From Nemertoderma westbladi (Eukaryota > Animalia > Xenacoelomorpha), in contig JAUCBJ010008795.1 in assembly GCA_032718475.1 (NCBI GenBank), positions 62,001-126,000 of the forward strand: DNA of 64,000 nucleotides, in the 5' to 3' direction. Below are positions 1 to 15,000 of the stretch, piece by piece. Both the position numbers and the translations under genes were made by a program. The notes beneath the pieces are model-generated. The model was not told where the DNA came from. It was given only the letters and a program-made list of their open reading frames with translations, and did no database searches. Position 1 is the first letter of the stretch; each line of letters begins with the position of its first letter.

Positions 1-3000
1 CAGGTTAGGTGTTATTGTCCAGTGAGTACATCAGGAGGAACAAGTTAGGTGTTATTGTCCAGTGAGTACATCAGGAGGAACAGGTTGGGTGTTACTGTCC
101 TGTGAGTACATCAGTAGGAACAGGTTAGGTGTTATTGTCCAGTGAGTACATCATGAGGAACAGGTTAGGTGTTACTGTCCTGTGAGTACATCAGGAGGAA
201 CAGGTTAGGTGTTATTGTCCAGTGAGTACATCAGGAGGAACAGGTTAGGTGTTACTGTCCTTTGAGTACATCAGGAGGAACAGGTTAGGTTTTATTGTAC
301 ACTGTACAGTGAGTACATCAGGAGGAACAGGTTAGGTGTTATTGTCCTGTGAGTACATCAGTAGGAACAGGTTAGGTGTTACTGTCCTGTGAGTACATCA
401 GTAGGAACAGGTTAGGTGTTATTGTGCAGTGAGTTCATCATGAGGAACAGGTTATGTGTTATTGTCCTGTGAGTACATCAGTAGGAACAGGTTAGGTGTT
501 ATTGTCCTGTGAGTACATCAGTAGGAACAGGTTAGGTGTTATTGTCCAGGGAGTACATCAGTAGGAACAGGTTAGGTGTTACTGTCCAGTAAGTACATCA
601 GTAGGAACAGGTTAGGTTTTATTGTACACTGTACAGTGAGTACATCAGGAGGAACAGGTTAGGTGTTATTGTCCTGTGAGTACATCAGTAGGTACAGGTT
701 AGGTGTTACTGTCCTGTGAGTACATCAGTAGGAACAGGTTAGGTGTTATTGTGCAGTGAGTTCATCATGAGGAACAGGTTATGTGTTATTGTCCTGTGAG
801 TACATCAGTAGGAACAGGTTAGGTGTTATTGTGCAGTGAGTACATCAGGAGGATCAGGTTAGGTGTTATTGTCCAGTGAGTACATCAGGAGGAACAGGTT
901 AGGTGTTATTGTCCAGTGAGTACATAAGTAGGAACAGGTTAGGTGTTATTGTCCTGTGAGTACATCAGGAGGATCAGGTTAGGTGTTATTGTCCAGTGAG
1001 AACATCATGAGGAACAGGTTAGGCGTTACTGTCCTGTGAGTACATCAGGAGGAACAGGTTAGGTGTTATTGTCCAGTGAGTACATCAGGAGGAACAGGTT
1101 AGGTGTTATTGTCCAGTGAGTACATCAGGAGGAACAGGTTGGGTGTTACTGTCCTGTGAGTACATCAGTAGGAACAGGTTAGGTGTTATTGTCCTGTGAG
1201 TACATCAGGAGGATCAGGTTAGGTGTTATTGTCCAGTGAGTACATCATGAGGAACAGGTTAGGTGTTACTGTTCTGTGAGTACATCAGGAGGAACAGGTT
1301 AGGTGTTATTGTCCAGTGAGTACATCAGGAGGAACAGGTTAGGTGTTACTGTCCTTTGAGTACATCAGGAGGAACAGGTTAGGTTTTATTGTACACTGTA
1401 CAGTGAGTACATCAGGAGGAACAGGTTAGGTGTTATTGTCCTGTGAGTACATCAGTAGGAACAGGTTAGGTGTTACTGTCCTGTGAGTACATCAGTAGGA
1501 ACAGGTTAGGTGTTATTGTGCAGTGAGTTCATCATGAGGAACAGGTTATGTGTTATTGTCCTGTGAGTACATTAGTAGGAACAGGTTAGGTGTTATTGTC
1601 CTGTGAGTACCTCAGTAGGAACAGGTTAGGTGTTATTGTCCAGGGAGTACATCAGTAGGAACAGGTTAGGTGTTACTGTCCAGTAAGTACATCAGTAGGA
1701 ACAGGTTAGGTTTTATTGTACACTGTACAGTGAGTACATCAGGAGGAACAGGTTAGGTGTTATTGTCCTGTGAGTACATCAGTAGGTACAGGTTAGGTGT
1801 TACTGTCCTGTGAGTACATCAGTAGGAACAGGTTAGGTGTTATTGTGCAGTGAGTTCATCATGAGGAACAGGTTATGTGTTATTGTCCTGTGAGTACATC
1901 AGTAGGAACAGGTTAGGTGTTATTGTCCTGTGAGTACATCAGTAGGAACAGGTTAGGTGTTATTGTCCAGGGAGTACATCAGGAGGAACAGGTTAGGTGT
2001 TATGGTCCAGTGAGTACATAATGAGGAACAGGTTAGGTGTTATTGTCCAGGGAGTACATCATGAGGAACAGATTAGGTGTTATTGTCCAGTGAGTACATC
2101 ATGAGGAACAGGTTAGGTGTTATTGTCCAGGGAGTACATCATGAGGAACAGGTTAGGTGTTATTGTCCAGTGAGTACATCATGAGGATCAGGTTAGGTGA
2201 AACTGTCCTGTGAGTACAACAGTAGGAACAGGTTAGGTGTTATTGTCCTGTGAGTACATCAGGAGGATCAGGTTAGGTGTTATTGTCCTGTGAGTACATC
2301 AGTAGGAACAGGTTAGGTGTTACTGTCCTGTGAGTACATCAGTAGGAACAGGTTAGGTGTTATTGTGCAGTGAGTTCATCATGAGGAACAGGTTATGTGT
2401 TATTGTCCTGTGAGTACATCAGTAGGAACAGGTTAGGTGTTATTGTCCTGTGAGTACCTCAGTAGGAACTGGTTAGGTGTTATTGTCCAGGGAGTACATC
2501 AGTAGGAACAGGTTAGGTGTTACTGTCCAGTAAGTACATCAGTAGGAACAGGTTAGGTTTTATTGTACACTGTACAGTGAGTACATCAGGAGGAACAGGT
2601 TAGGTGTTATTGTCCTGTGAGTACATCAGTAGGTACAGGTTAGGTGTTACTGTCCTGTGAGTACATCAGTAGGAACAGGTTAGGTGTTATTGTGCAGTGA
2701 GTTCATCATGAGGAACAGGTTATGTGTTATTGTCCTGTGAGTACATCAGTAGGAACAGGTTAGGTGTTATTGTCCTGTGAGTACATCAGTAGGAATAGGT
2801 TAGGTGTTATTGTCCAGGGAGTACATCAGGAGGAACAGGTTAGGTGTTATGGTCCAGTGAGTACATAATGAGGAACAGGTTAGGTGTTATTGTCCAGGGA
2901 GTACATCATGAGGAACAGGTTAGGTGTTATTGTCCAGTGAGTACATCATGAGGAACAGGTTAGGTGTTATTGTCCAGGGAGTACATCATGAGGAACAGGT

Positions 3001-6000
3001 TAGGTGTTATTGTCCAGTGAGTACATCATGAGGATCAGGTTAGGTGAAACTGTCCTGTGAGTACAACAGTAGGAACAGGTTAGGTGTTATTGTCCTGTGA
3101 GTACATCAGGAGGATCAGGTTAGGTGTTATTGTCCAGTGAGTACATCATGAGGAACAGGTTAGGTGTTACTGTCCTGTGAGTACATCAGGAGGAACAGGT
3201 TAGGTGTTATTGTCCAGTGAGTACATCAGGAGGAACAGGTTAGGTGTTACTGTCCTTTGAGTACATCAGGAGGAACAGGTTAGGTTTTATTGTACACTGT
3301 ACAGTGAGTACATCAGGAGGAACAGGTTAGGTGTTATTGTCCTGTGAGTACATCAGTAGGAACAGGTTAGGTGTTACTGTCCTGTGAGTACATCAGTAGG
3401 AACAGGTTAGGTGTTATTGTGCAGTGAGTTCATCATGAGGAACAGGTTATGTGTTATTGTCCTGTGAGTACATCAGTAGGAACAGGTTAGGTGTTATTGT
3501 CCTGTGAGTACATCAGTAGGAACAGGTTAGGTGTTATTGTGCAGTGAGTACATCAGTGGGAACAGGTTAGGTGTTATTGTGCAGTGAGTTCATCATGAGG
3601 AACAGGTTATGTGTTATTGTCCTGTGAGTACATCAGTAGGAACAGGTTAGGTGTTATTGTCCTGTGAGTACATCAGTAGGAACAGGTTAGGTGTTATTGT
3701 CCAGTGAGTACATCAGTGGGAACAGGTTAGGTGTTATTGTCCAGGGAGTACATCAGTAGGAACAGGTTATGTGTTATTGTCCTGTGAGTACATCAGTAGG
3801 AACAGGTTAGGTGTTATTGTCCTGTGAGTACATCAGTAGGAACAGGTTAGGTGTTATTGTCCAGGGAGTACATCATGAGGAACAGGTTAGGTGTTATTGT
3901 CCAGGGAGTACATCAGGAGGAACAGGTTAGGTGTTATTGTCCTGTGAGTACATCAGTAGGAACAGGTTATGTGTTATTGTCCTGTGAGTACATCAGTAGG
4001 AACAGGTTAGGTGTTATTGTCCTGTGAGTACATCAGTAGGAACAGGTTAGGTGTTATTGTCCAGGGAGTACATCAGTAGGAACAGGTTAGGTGTTATTGT
4101 CCTGTGAGTACATCAGTAGGAACAGGTTAGGTGTTATTGTCCAGGGAGTACATCATGAGGAACAGGTTAGGTGTTATTGTCCAGGGAGTACATCAGTAGG
4201 AACAGGTTAGGTGTTATTGTCCAGTGAGTACATCATGAGGAACATGTTAAGTGTTATTGTCCTGTGAGTACATCAGTAGGAACAGGTTAGGTTTTATTGT
4301 ACACTGTACAGTGAGTACATCAGTAGGAACAGGTTAGGTGTTACTGTCCTGTGAGTACATCAGTAGGAACAGGTTAGGTGTTATTGTCCAGGGAGTACAT
4401 CAGTAGGAACAGGTTAGGTGTTATTGTCCAGTGAGTACATCATGAGGAACATGTTAAGTGTTATTGTCCTGTGAGTACATCAGTAGGAACAGGTTAGGTT
4501 TTATTGTACACTGTACAGTGAGTACATCAGTAGGAACAGGTTAGGTGTTATTGTCCAGTGAGTACATCATGAGGAACATGTTAAGTGTTATTGTCCTGTG
4601 AGTACATCAGTAGGAACAGGTTAGGTTTTATTGTACACTGTACAGTGAGTACATCAGGAGGAACAGGTTAGGAGTTATTGTCCTGTGAGTACATCAGTAG
4701 GTACAGGTTAGGTGTTACTGTCCTGTGAGTACATCAGTAGGAACAGGTTAGGTGTTATTGTGCAGTGAGTTCATCATGAGGAACAGGTTATGTGTTATTG
4801 TCCTGTGAGTACATCAGTAGGAACAGGTTAGGTGTTATTGTCCTGTGAGTACATCAGTAGGAACAGGTTAGGTGTTATTGTCCAGGGAGTACATCAGTAG
4901 GAACAGGTTAGGTGTTACTGTCCAGTGAGTACATCAGGAGGAACAGGTTAGGTGTTATTGTCCAGGGAGTACATCAGTAGGAACAGGTTAGGTGTTATTG
5001 TGCAGTGAGTTCATCATGAGGAACAGGTTAAGTGTTATTGTCCTGTGAGTACATCAGTAGGAACAGGTTAGGTGTTATTGTCCAGGGAGTACATCAGGAG
5101 GAACAGGTTAGGTGTTATGGTCCAGTGAGTACATAATGAGGAACAGGTTAGGTGTTATTGTCCAGTGAGTACATCATGAGGAACAGGTTAGGTGTTATTG
5201 TCCAGGGAGTACACCAGGAGGAACAGGTTAGGTGTTATTGTCCAGTGAGTACATCAGGAGGAACAGGTTAGGTGTTATTGTCCAGGGAGTACATCAGGAG
5301 GAACAGGTTAGGTATTATTGTCCTGTGAGTACATCAGTAGGAACAGGTTAGGTGTTATTGTCCTGTGAGTACATCAGTAGGAACAGGTTAGGTGTTATTG
5401 TCCTGTGAGTACATCAGTAGGAACAGGTTAGGTGTTATTGTCCTGTGAGTACATCAGTAGGAACAGGTTAGGTGTTATTGTCCAGTGAGTACATCATGAG
5501 GAACAGGTTAGGTGTTATTGTCCAGGGAGTACATAATGAGGAACAGGTTAGGTGTTATTGTCCAGTGAGTACATCAGGAGGAACAGGTTAGGTGTTATTG
5601 TCCTGTGAGTACATCAGTAGGAACAGGTTAGGTGTTATTGTCCAGTGAGTACATCATGAGGAACAGGTTAGGTGTTATTGTCCAGGGAGTACATAATGAG
5701 GAACAGGTTAGGTGTTATTGTCCAGTGAGTACATCATGAGGAACAGGTTAGGTGTTATTGTCCTGTGAGTACATCAGTAGGAACAGGTTAGGTGTTATTG
5801 TCCAGTGAGTACATCATGAGGAACAGGTTAGGTGTTATTGTCCAGGGAGTACATAATGAGGAACAGGTTAGGTGTTATTGTCCAGTGAGTACATCAGGAG
5901 GAACAGGTTAGGTGTTATTGTCCAGGGAGTACATCAGGAGGAACAGGTTAGGTGTTATGGTCCAGTGAGTACATCAGGAGGAACAGGTTAGGTGTTATTG

Positions 6001-9000
6001 TCCAGGGAGTACATCATGAGGAACAGGTTAGGTGTTATTGTCCAGTGAGTACATAAGGAGGAACAGGTTAGGTGTTATTGTCCAGGGAGTACATCAGGAG
6101 GAACAGGTTAGGTGTTATGGTCCAGTGAGTACATCAGGAGGAACAGGTTAGGTGTTATTGTCCAGGGAGTACATCATGAGGAACAGGTTAGGTGTTATTG
6201 TCCAGGGAGTACATCATGAGGAACAGGTTAGGTGTTATTGTCCTGTGAGTACATCAGTAGGAACAGGTTAGGTGTTATTGTCCAGGGAGTACATCATGAG
6301 GAACAGGTTAGGTGTTATTGTCCAGGGAGTACATCATGAGGAACAGGTTAGGTGTTATTGTCCAGTGAGTACATCATGAGGATCAGGTTAGGTGTTATTG
6401 TCCAGTGAGTACATCAGGAGGAACAGGTTAGGTGTTATTGTCCAGGGAGTACATCATGAGGAACAGGTTAGGTGTTATTGTCCAGTGAGTACATCATGAG
6501 GAACAGGTTAGGTGTTATTGTCCAGTGAGTACATCAGGAGGAACAGGTTAGGTGTTATTGTCCAGGGAGTACATCATGAGGAACAGGTTAGGTGTTATTG
6601 TCCAGGGAGTACATCAGGAGGAACAGGTTAGGTGTTATTGTCCTGGGAGTACATCAGTAGGAACAGGTTAGGTGTTATTGTCCAGGGAGTACATCAGGAG
6701 GAACAGGTTAGGTGTTATTGTCCAGGGAGTACATCAGGAGGAACAGGTTAGGTGTTATTGTCCAGGGAGTACATCATGAGGAACAGGTTAGGTGTTATTG
6801 TCCAGGGAGTACATCAGGAGGAACAGGTTAGGTGTTATTGTCCAGGGAGTACATCAGGAGGAACAGGTTAGGTGTTATTGTCCTGTGAGTACATCAGTAG
6901 GAACAGGTTAGGTGTTATTGTCCAGGGAGTACATCAGTAGGAACAGGTTAGGTGTTATTGTCCAGGGAGTACATCAGGAGGAACAGGTTAGGTGTTATTG
7001 TCCAGGGAGTACATCAGGAGGAACAGGTTAGGTGTTATTGTCCAGGGAGTACATCATGAGGAACAGGTTAGGTGTTATTGTCCAGGGAGTACATCATGAG
7101 GAACAGGTTAGGTGTTATTGTCCTGTGAGTACATCATGAGGATCAGGTTAGGTGTTATTGTCCAGTGAGTACATCATGAGGATCAGGTTAGGTGTTATTG
7201 TCCAGTGAGTACATCAGGAGGAACAGGTTAGGTGTTATTGCCCAGGGAGTACATCATGAGGAACAGGTTAGGTGTTATTGTCCAGGGAGTACATCATGAG
7301 GATCAGGTTAGGTGTTATTGTCCAGTGAGTACATCAGGAGGAACAGGTTAGGTGTTATTGTCCTGTGAGTACATCATGAGGAACAGGTTAGGTGTTATTG
7401 TCCAGGGAGTACATCAGGAGGAACAGGTTAGGTGTTATTGTCCAGTGAGTACATCATGAGGATCAGGTTAGGTGTTATTGTCCAGGGAGTACATCATGAG
7501 GAACAGGTTAGGTGTTATTGTCCAGGGAGTACATCATGAGGAACAGGTTAGGTGTTATTGTCCAGGGAGTACATCAGTGAGGAACAGGTTAGGTGTTATT
7601 GTCCTGTGAGTACATCAGTAGGAACAGGTTAGGTGTTATTGTCCAGGGAGTACATCATGAGGAACAGGTTAGGTGTTATTGTCCTGTGAGTACATCATGA
7701 GGAACAGGTTAGGTGTTATTGTCCAGGGAGTACATCATGAGGAACAGGTTAGGTGTTATTGTCCAGGGAGTACATCATGAGGAACAGGTTAGGTGTTATT
7801 GTCCTGTGAGTACATCATGAGGAACAGGTTAGGTGTTATTGTCCAGGGAGTACATCATGAGGAACAGGTTAGGTGTTATTGTCCTGTGAGTACATCATGA
7901 GGAACAGGTTAGGTGTTATTGTCCAGGGAGTACATCATGAGGAACAGGTTAGGTGTTATTGTCCAGGGAGTACATCAGGAGGAACAGGTTAGGTGTTATT
8001 GTCCAGTGAGTACATCATGAGGAACAGGTTAGGTGTTATTGTCCAGGGAGTACATCAGTAGGAACAGGTTAGGTGTTATTGTCCAGGGAGTACATCAGTA
8101 GGAACAGGTTAGGTGTTATTGTCCAGGGAGTACATCATGAGGAACAGGTTAGGTGTTATTGTCCAGGGAGTACATCATGAGGAACAGGTTAGGTGTTATT
8201 GTCCAGGGAGTACATCAGTAGGAACAGGTTAGGTGTTATTGTCCAGGGAGTACATCAGTAGGAACAGGTTAGGTGTTATTGTCCAGGGAGTACATCAGTA
8301 GGAACAGGTTAGGTGTTATTGTCCAGGGAGTACATCATGAGGAACAGGTTAGGTGTTATTGTCCAGGGAGTACATCAGTAGGAACAGGTTAGGTGTTATT
8401 GTCCAGGGAGTACATCAGTAGGAACAGGTTAGGTGTTATTGTCCAGGGAGTACATCAGTAGGAACAGGTTAGGTGTTATTGTACAGGGAGTACATCAGTA
8501 GGAACAGGTTAGGTGTTATTGTACAGGGAGTACATCAGTAGGAACAGGTTAGGTGTTATTGTACAGGGAGTACATCAGTAGGTAAAGGTTAGGTGTTATT
8601 GTCCTGTGAGTACATCAGTAGGTAAAGGTTAGGTGTTATTGTCCAGGGAGTACATCATGAGGAACAGGTTAGGTGTTATTGTCCAGGGAGTACATCAGTA
8701 GGAACAGGTTAGGTGTTATTGTACAGGGAGTACATCAGTAGGTAAAGGTTAGGTGTTATTGTCCTGTGAGTACATCAGTAGGAACAGGTTAGGTGTTATT
8801 GTCCAGTGAGTACATCATGAGGAACATGTTAGGTGTTATTGTCCAGGGAGTACATCAGTAGGAACAGGTTAGGTGTTATTGTACAGGGAGTACATCATGA
8901 GGAACAGGTTAGGTGTTATTGTCCAGGGAGTACATCATGAGGAACAGGTTAGGTGTTATTGTCCAGGGAGTACATCAGTAGGAACAGGTTAGGTGTTATT

Positions 9001-12000
9001 GTACAGGGAGTACATCAGTAGGAACAGGTTAGGTGTTATTGTCCAGTGAGTACATCATGAGGAACATGTTAGGTGTTATTGTCCAGGGAGTACATCAGTA
9101 GGAACAGGTTAGGTGTTATTGTCCAGGGAGTACATCAGTAGGAACAGGTTAGGTGTTATTGTCCAGTGAGTACATCAGTAGGAACAGGTTAGGTGTTATT
9201 GTACAGGGAGTACATCATGAGGAACAGGTTAGGTGTTATTGTCCAGGGAGTACATCATGAGGAACAGGTTAGGTGTTATTGTCCAGGGAGTACATCAGTA
9301 GGAACAGGTTAGGTGTTATTGTACAGGGAGTACATCAGTAGGTAAAGGTTAGGTGTTATTGTCCTGTGAGTACATCAGTAGGAACAGGTTAGGTGTTATT
9401 GTCCAGTGAGTACATCATGAGGAACATGTTAGGTGTTATTGTCCAGGGAGTACATCAGTAGGAACAGGTTAGGTGTTATTGTCCAGGGAGTACATCATGA
9501 GGAACAGGTTAGGTGTTATTGTCCAGTGAGTACATCATGAGGATCAGGTTAGGTGTTATTGTCCAGTGAGTACATCAGTAGGTAAAGGTTAGGTGTTATT
9601 GTCCAGGGAGTACATCATGAGGAACAGGTTAGGTGTTATTGTCCAGGGAGTACATCATGAGGATCAGGTTAGGTGTTATTGTCCAGTGAGTACATCATGA
9701 GGATCAGGTTAGGTGTTATTGTCCAGTGAGTACATCAGTAGGTAAAGGTTAGGTGTTATTGTCCAGGGAGTACATCATGAGGAACAGGTTAGGTGTTATT
9801 GTCCAGGGAGTACATCAGTAGGTAACAGGTTAGGTGTTATTGTCCAGGGAGTACATCAGTAGGAACAGGTTAGGTGTTATTGTCCAGGGAGTACATCAGT
9901 AGGAACAGGTTAGGTGTTATTGTCCAGGGAGTACATCAGTAGGAACAGGTTAGGTGTTATTGTCCAGGGAGTACATCAGGAGGAACAGGTTAGGTGTTAT
10001 TGTCCAGGGAGTACATCAGTAGGAACAGATTAGGTGTTATTGTCCTGTGAGTACATCAGTAGGAACAGGTTATGTGTTATTGTCCTGTGAGTACATCAGT
10101 AGGAACAGGTTAGGTGTTATTGTCCAGGGAGTACATCAGTAGGAACAGGTTAGGTGTTATTGTCCAGGGAGTACATCAGTAGGAACAGGTTAGGTGTTAT
10201 TGTCCAGGGAGTACATCAGTAGGAACAGGTTAGGTGTTATTGTCCAGGGAGTACATCAGTAGGAACAGGTTAGGTGTTATTGTCCAGGGAGTACATCAGT
10301 AGGAACAGGTTAGGTGTTATTGTCCTGTGAGTACATCAGTAGGAACAGGTTAGGTGTTATTGTCCTGTGAGTACATCAGTAGGAACAGGTTAGGTGTTAT
10401 TGTCCAGGGAGTACATCAGTAGGAACAGGTTAGGTGTTATTGTCCAGGGAGTACATCAGTAGGAACAGGTTAGGTGTTATTGTCCTGTGAGTACATCAGT
10501 AGGAACAGGTTAGGTGTTATTGTCCAGTGAGTACATCAGTAGGAACAGGTTAGGTGTTATTGTCCAGGGAGTACATCAGTAGGAACAGGTTAGGTGTTAT
10601 TGTCCAGGGAGTACATCAGTAGGAACAGGTTAGGTGTTATTGTCCAGGGAGTACATCAGTAGGAAAGGTTAGGTGTTATTGTCCAGGGAGTACATCAGTA
10701 GGAACAGATTAGGTGTTATTGTCCTGTGAGTACATCAGTAGGAACAGGTTAGGTGTTATTGTCCAGGGAGTACATCAGTAGGAACAGGTTAGGTGTTATT
10801 GTCCTGTGAGTACATCAGTAGGAACAGGTTAGGTGTTATTGTCCAGTGAGTACATCAGTAGGTAAAGGTTAGGTGTTATTGTCCAGGGAGTACATCAGTA
10901 GGAACAGATTAGGTGTTATTGTCCTGTGAGTACATCAGTAGGAACAGGTTAGGTGTTATTGTCCTGTGAGTACATCAGTAGGAACAGGTTAGGTGTTATT
11001 GTCCAGTGAGTACATCAGTAGGTAAAGGTTAGGTGTTATTGTCCAGGGAGTACATCAGTAGGAACAGATTAGGTGTTATTGTCCTGTGAGTACATCAGTA
11101 GGAACAGGTTAGGTGTTATTGTCCAGGGAGTACATCAGTAGGAACAGGTTAGGTGTTATTGTCCTGTGAGTACATCAGTAGGAACAGGTTAGGTGTTATT
11201 GTCCAGGGAGTACATCAGTAGGAACAGGTTAGGTGTTATTGTCCAGGGAGTACATCAGTAGGAACAGGTTAGGTGTTATTGTCCAGGGAGTACATCAGTA
11301 GGAACAGGTTAGGTGTTATTGTCCAGGGAGTACATCAGTAGGAACAGGTTAGGTGTTATTGTCCAGGGAGTACATCAGTAGGAACAGATTAGGTGTTATT
11401 GTCCTGTGAGTACATCAGTAGGAACAGGTTATGTGTTATTGTCCTGTGAGTACATCAGTAGGAACAGGTTAGGTGTTATTGTCCAGGGAGTACATCAGTA
11501 GGAACAGGTTAGGTGTTATTGTCCAGGGAGTACATCAGTAGGAACAGGTTAGGTGTTATTGTCCAGGGAGTACATCAGTAGGAACAGGTTAGGTGTTATT
11601 GTCCAGGGAGTACATCAGTAGGAACAGGTTAGGTGTTATTGTCCAGGGAGTACATCAGTAGGAACAGGTTAGGTGTTATTGTCCTGTGAGTACATCAGTA
11701 GGAACAGGTTAGGTGTTATTGTCCTGTGAGTACATCAGTAGGAACAGGTTAGGTGTTATTGTCCAGGGAGTACATCAGTAGGAACAGGTTAGGTGTTATT
11801 GTCCAGGGAGTACATCAGTAGGAACAGGTTAGGTGTTATTGTCCAGGGAGTACATCAGTAGGAACAGGTTAGGTGTTATTGTCCAGGGAGTACATCAGTA
11901 GGAACAGGTTAGGTGTTATTGTCCAGGGAGTACATCAGTAGGAACAGGTTAGGTGTTATTGTCCTGTGAGTACATCAGTAGGAACAGGTTAGGTGTTATT

Positions 12001-15000
12001 GTCCAGTGAGTACATCAGTAGGAACAGGTTAGGTGTTATTGTCCAGGGAGTACATCAGTAGGAACAGGTTAGGTGTTATTGTCCTGTGAGTACATCAGTA
12101 GGAACAGGTTAGGTGTTATTGTCCAGTGAGTACATCAGTAGGTAAAGGTTAGGTGTTATTGTCCAGGGAGTACATCAGTAGGAACAGGTTAGGTGTTATT
12201 GTCCTGTGAGTACATCAGTAGGAACAGGTTAGGTGTTATTGTCCTGTGAGTACATCAGTAGGAACAGGTTAGGTGTTATTGTCCAGTGAGTACATCAGTA
12301 GGTAACAGGTTAGGTGTTATTGTCCAGGGAGTACATCAGTAGGAACAGATTAGGTGTTATTGTCCTGTGAGTACATCAGTAGGAACAGGTTAGGTGTTAT
12401 TGTCCAGGGAGTACATCAGTAGGAACAGGTTAGGTGTTATTGTCCTGTGAGTACATCAGTAGGAACAGGTTAGGTGTTATTGTCCAGGGAGTACATCAGT
12501 AGGAACAGGTTAGGTGTTATTGTCCAGGGAGTACATCAGTAGGAACAGGTTAGGTGTTATTGTCCAGGGAGTACATCAGTAGGAACAGGTTAGGTGTTAT
12601 TGTCCAGGGAGTACATCAGTAGGAACAGGTTAGGTGTTATTGTCCAGGGAGTACATCAGTGAGGAACAGGTTAGGTGTTATTGTCCTGTGAGTACATCAG
12701 TGAGGAACAGGTTAGGTGTTATTGTCCTGTGAGTACATCAGTAGGAACAGGTTAGGTGTTATTGTCCAGGGAGTACATCAGTAGGAACAGGTTAGGTGTT
12801 ATTGTCCAGGGAGTACATCATGAGGAACAGGTTAGGTGTTATTGTCCAGGGAGTACATCATGAGGAACAGGTTAGGTGTTATTGTCCAGGGAGTACATCA
12901 GTAGGAACAGGTTAGGTGTTATTGTCCAGGGAGTACATCAGTAGGAACAGGTTAGGTGTTATTGTCCTGTGAGTACATCAGTAGGAACAGGTTAGGTGTT
13001 ATTGTCCTGTGAGTACATCAGTGAGGAACAGGTTAGGTGTTATTGTCCAGGGAGTACATCAGTGAGGAACAGGTTAGGTGTTATTGTCCAGGGAGTACAT
13101 CAGTAGGAACAGGTTAGGTGTTATTGTCCAGGGAGTACATCAGTAGGAACAGGTTAGGTGTTATTGTCCAGGGAGTACATCATGAGGAACAGGTTAGGTG
13201 TTATTGTCCAGTGAGTACATCATGAGGATCAGGTTAGGTGTTATTGTCCAGTGAGTACATCAGTAGGTAAAGGTTAGGTGTTATTGTCCAGGGAGTACAT
13301 CAGTAGGAACAGATTAGGTGTTATTGTCCTGTGAGTACATCAGTAGGAACAGGTTAGGTGTTATTGTCCAGGGAGTACATCAGTAGGAACAGGTTAGGTG
13401 TTATTGTCCAGGGAGTACATCATGAGGAACAGGTTAGGTGTTATTGTCCAGGGAGTACATCAGTAGGAACAGGTTAGGTGTTATTGTCCTGTGAGTACAT
13501 CAGGAGGAACAGGTTAGGTGTTATTGTCCAGGGAGTACATCAGTAGGAACAGGTTAGGTGTTATTGTCCAGGGAGTACATCATGAGGAACAGGTTAGGTG
13601 TTATTGTCCAGGGAGTACATCATGAGGAACAGGTTAGGTGTTATTGTCCAGGGAGTACATCAGTAGGAACAGGTTAGGTGTTATTGTACAGGGAGTACAT
13701 CAGTAGGTAAAGGTTAGGTGTTATTGTCCAGGGAGTACATCAGTAGGAACAGATTAGGTGTTATTGTCCTGTGAGTACATCAGTAGGAACAGGTTAGGTG
13801 TTATTGTCCTGTGAGTACATCATGAGGAACAGGTTAGGTGTTATTGTCCTGTGAGTACATCATGAGGAACAGGTTATGTGTTATTGTCCAGTGAGTACAT
13901 CATGAGGAACAGGTTAGGTGTTATTGTCCAGGGAGTACATAATGAGGAACAGGTTAGGTGTTATTGTCCAGGGAGTACATCATGAGGAACAGGTTAGGTG
14001 TTATTGTCCAGTGAGTACATCATGAGGAACAGGTTAGGTGTTATTGTCCAGGGAGTACATAATGAGGATCAGGTTAGGTGTTATTGTCCAGTGAGTACAT
14101 CAGTAGGAACAGGTTAGGTGTTATTGTCCTGTGAGTACATCATGAGGAACAGGTTAGGTGTTATTGTCCAGTGAGTACATCATGAGGAACAGGTTAGGTG
14201 TTATTGTCCAGGGAGTACATAATGAGGAACAGGTTAGGTGTTATTGTCCAGGGAGTACATCAGGAGGATCAGGTTAGGTGTTATTGTCCAGGGAGTACAT
14301 CATGAGGATCAGGTTAGGTGTTATTGTCCAGTGAGTACATCATGAGGAACAGGTTAGGTGTTGTTGTCCTATGAGTACATCAGTAGGAACAGGTTAGGTG
14401 TTATTGTCCAGTGAGTACATCATGAGGATCAGGTTAGGTGTTATTGTCCAGGGAGTACATAATGAGGAACAGGTTAGGTGTTGTTGTCCTATGAGTACAT
14501 CAGTAGGAACAGGTTAGGTGTTATTGTACAGGGAGTACATCATGAGGAACAGGTTAGGTGTTATTGTACAGGGAGTACATCATGAGGATCAGGTTAGGTG
14601 TTATTGTCCAGGGAGTACATAATGAGGAACAGGTTAGGTGTTGTTGTCCTATGAGTACATCATGAGGAACAGGTTAGGTGTTATTGTCCTGTGAGTACAT
14701 CAGTAGGAACAGGTTAGGTGTTATTGTCCAGTGAGTACATCATGAGGATCAGGTTAGGTGTTATTGTCCAGGGAGTACATCAGTAGGAACAGGTTAGGTG
14801 TTATTGTCCAGTGAGTACATCATGAGGATCAGGTTAGGTGTTATTGTCCAGTGAGTACATCATGAGGAACAGGTTAGGTGTTATTGTCCTGTGAGTACAT
14901 CATGAGGAACAGGTTAGGTGTTATTGTCCAGGGAGTACATCATGAGGAACAGGTTAGGTGTTATTGTCCAGTGAGTACATCATGAGGATCAGGTTAGGTG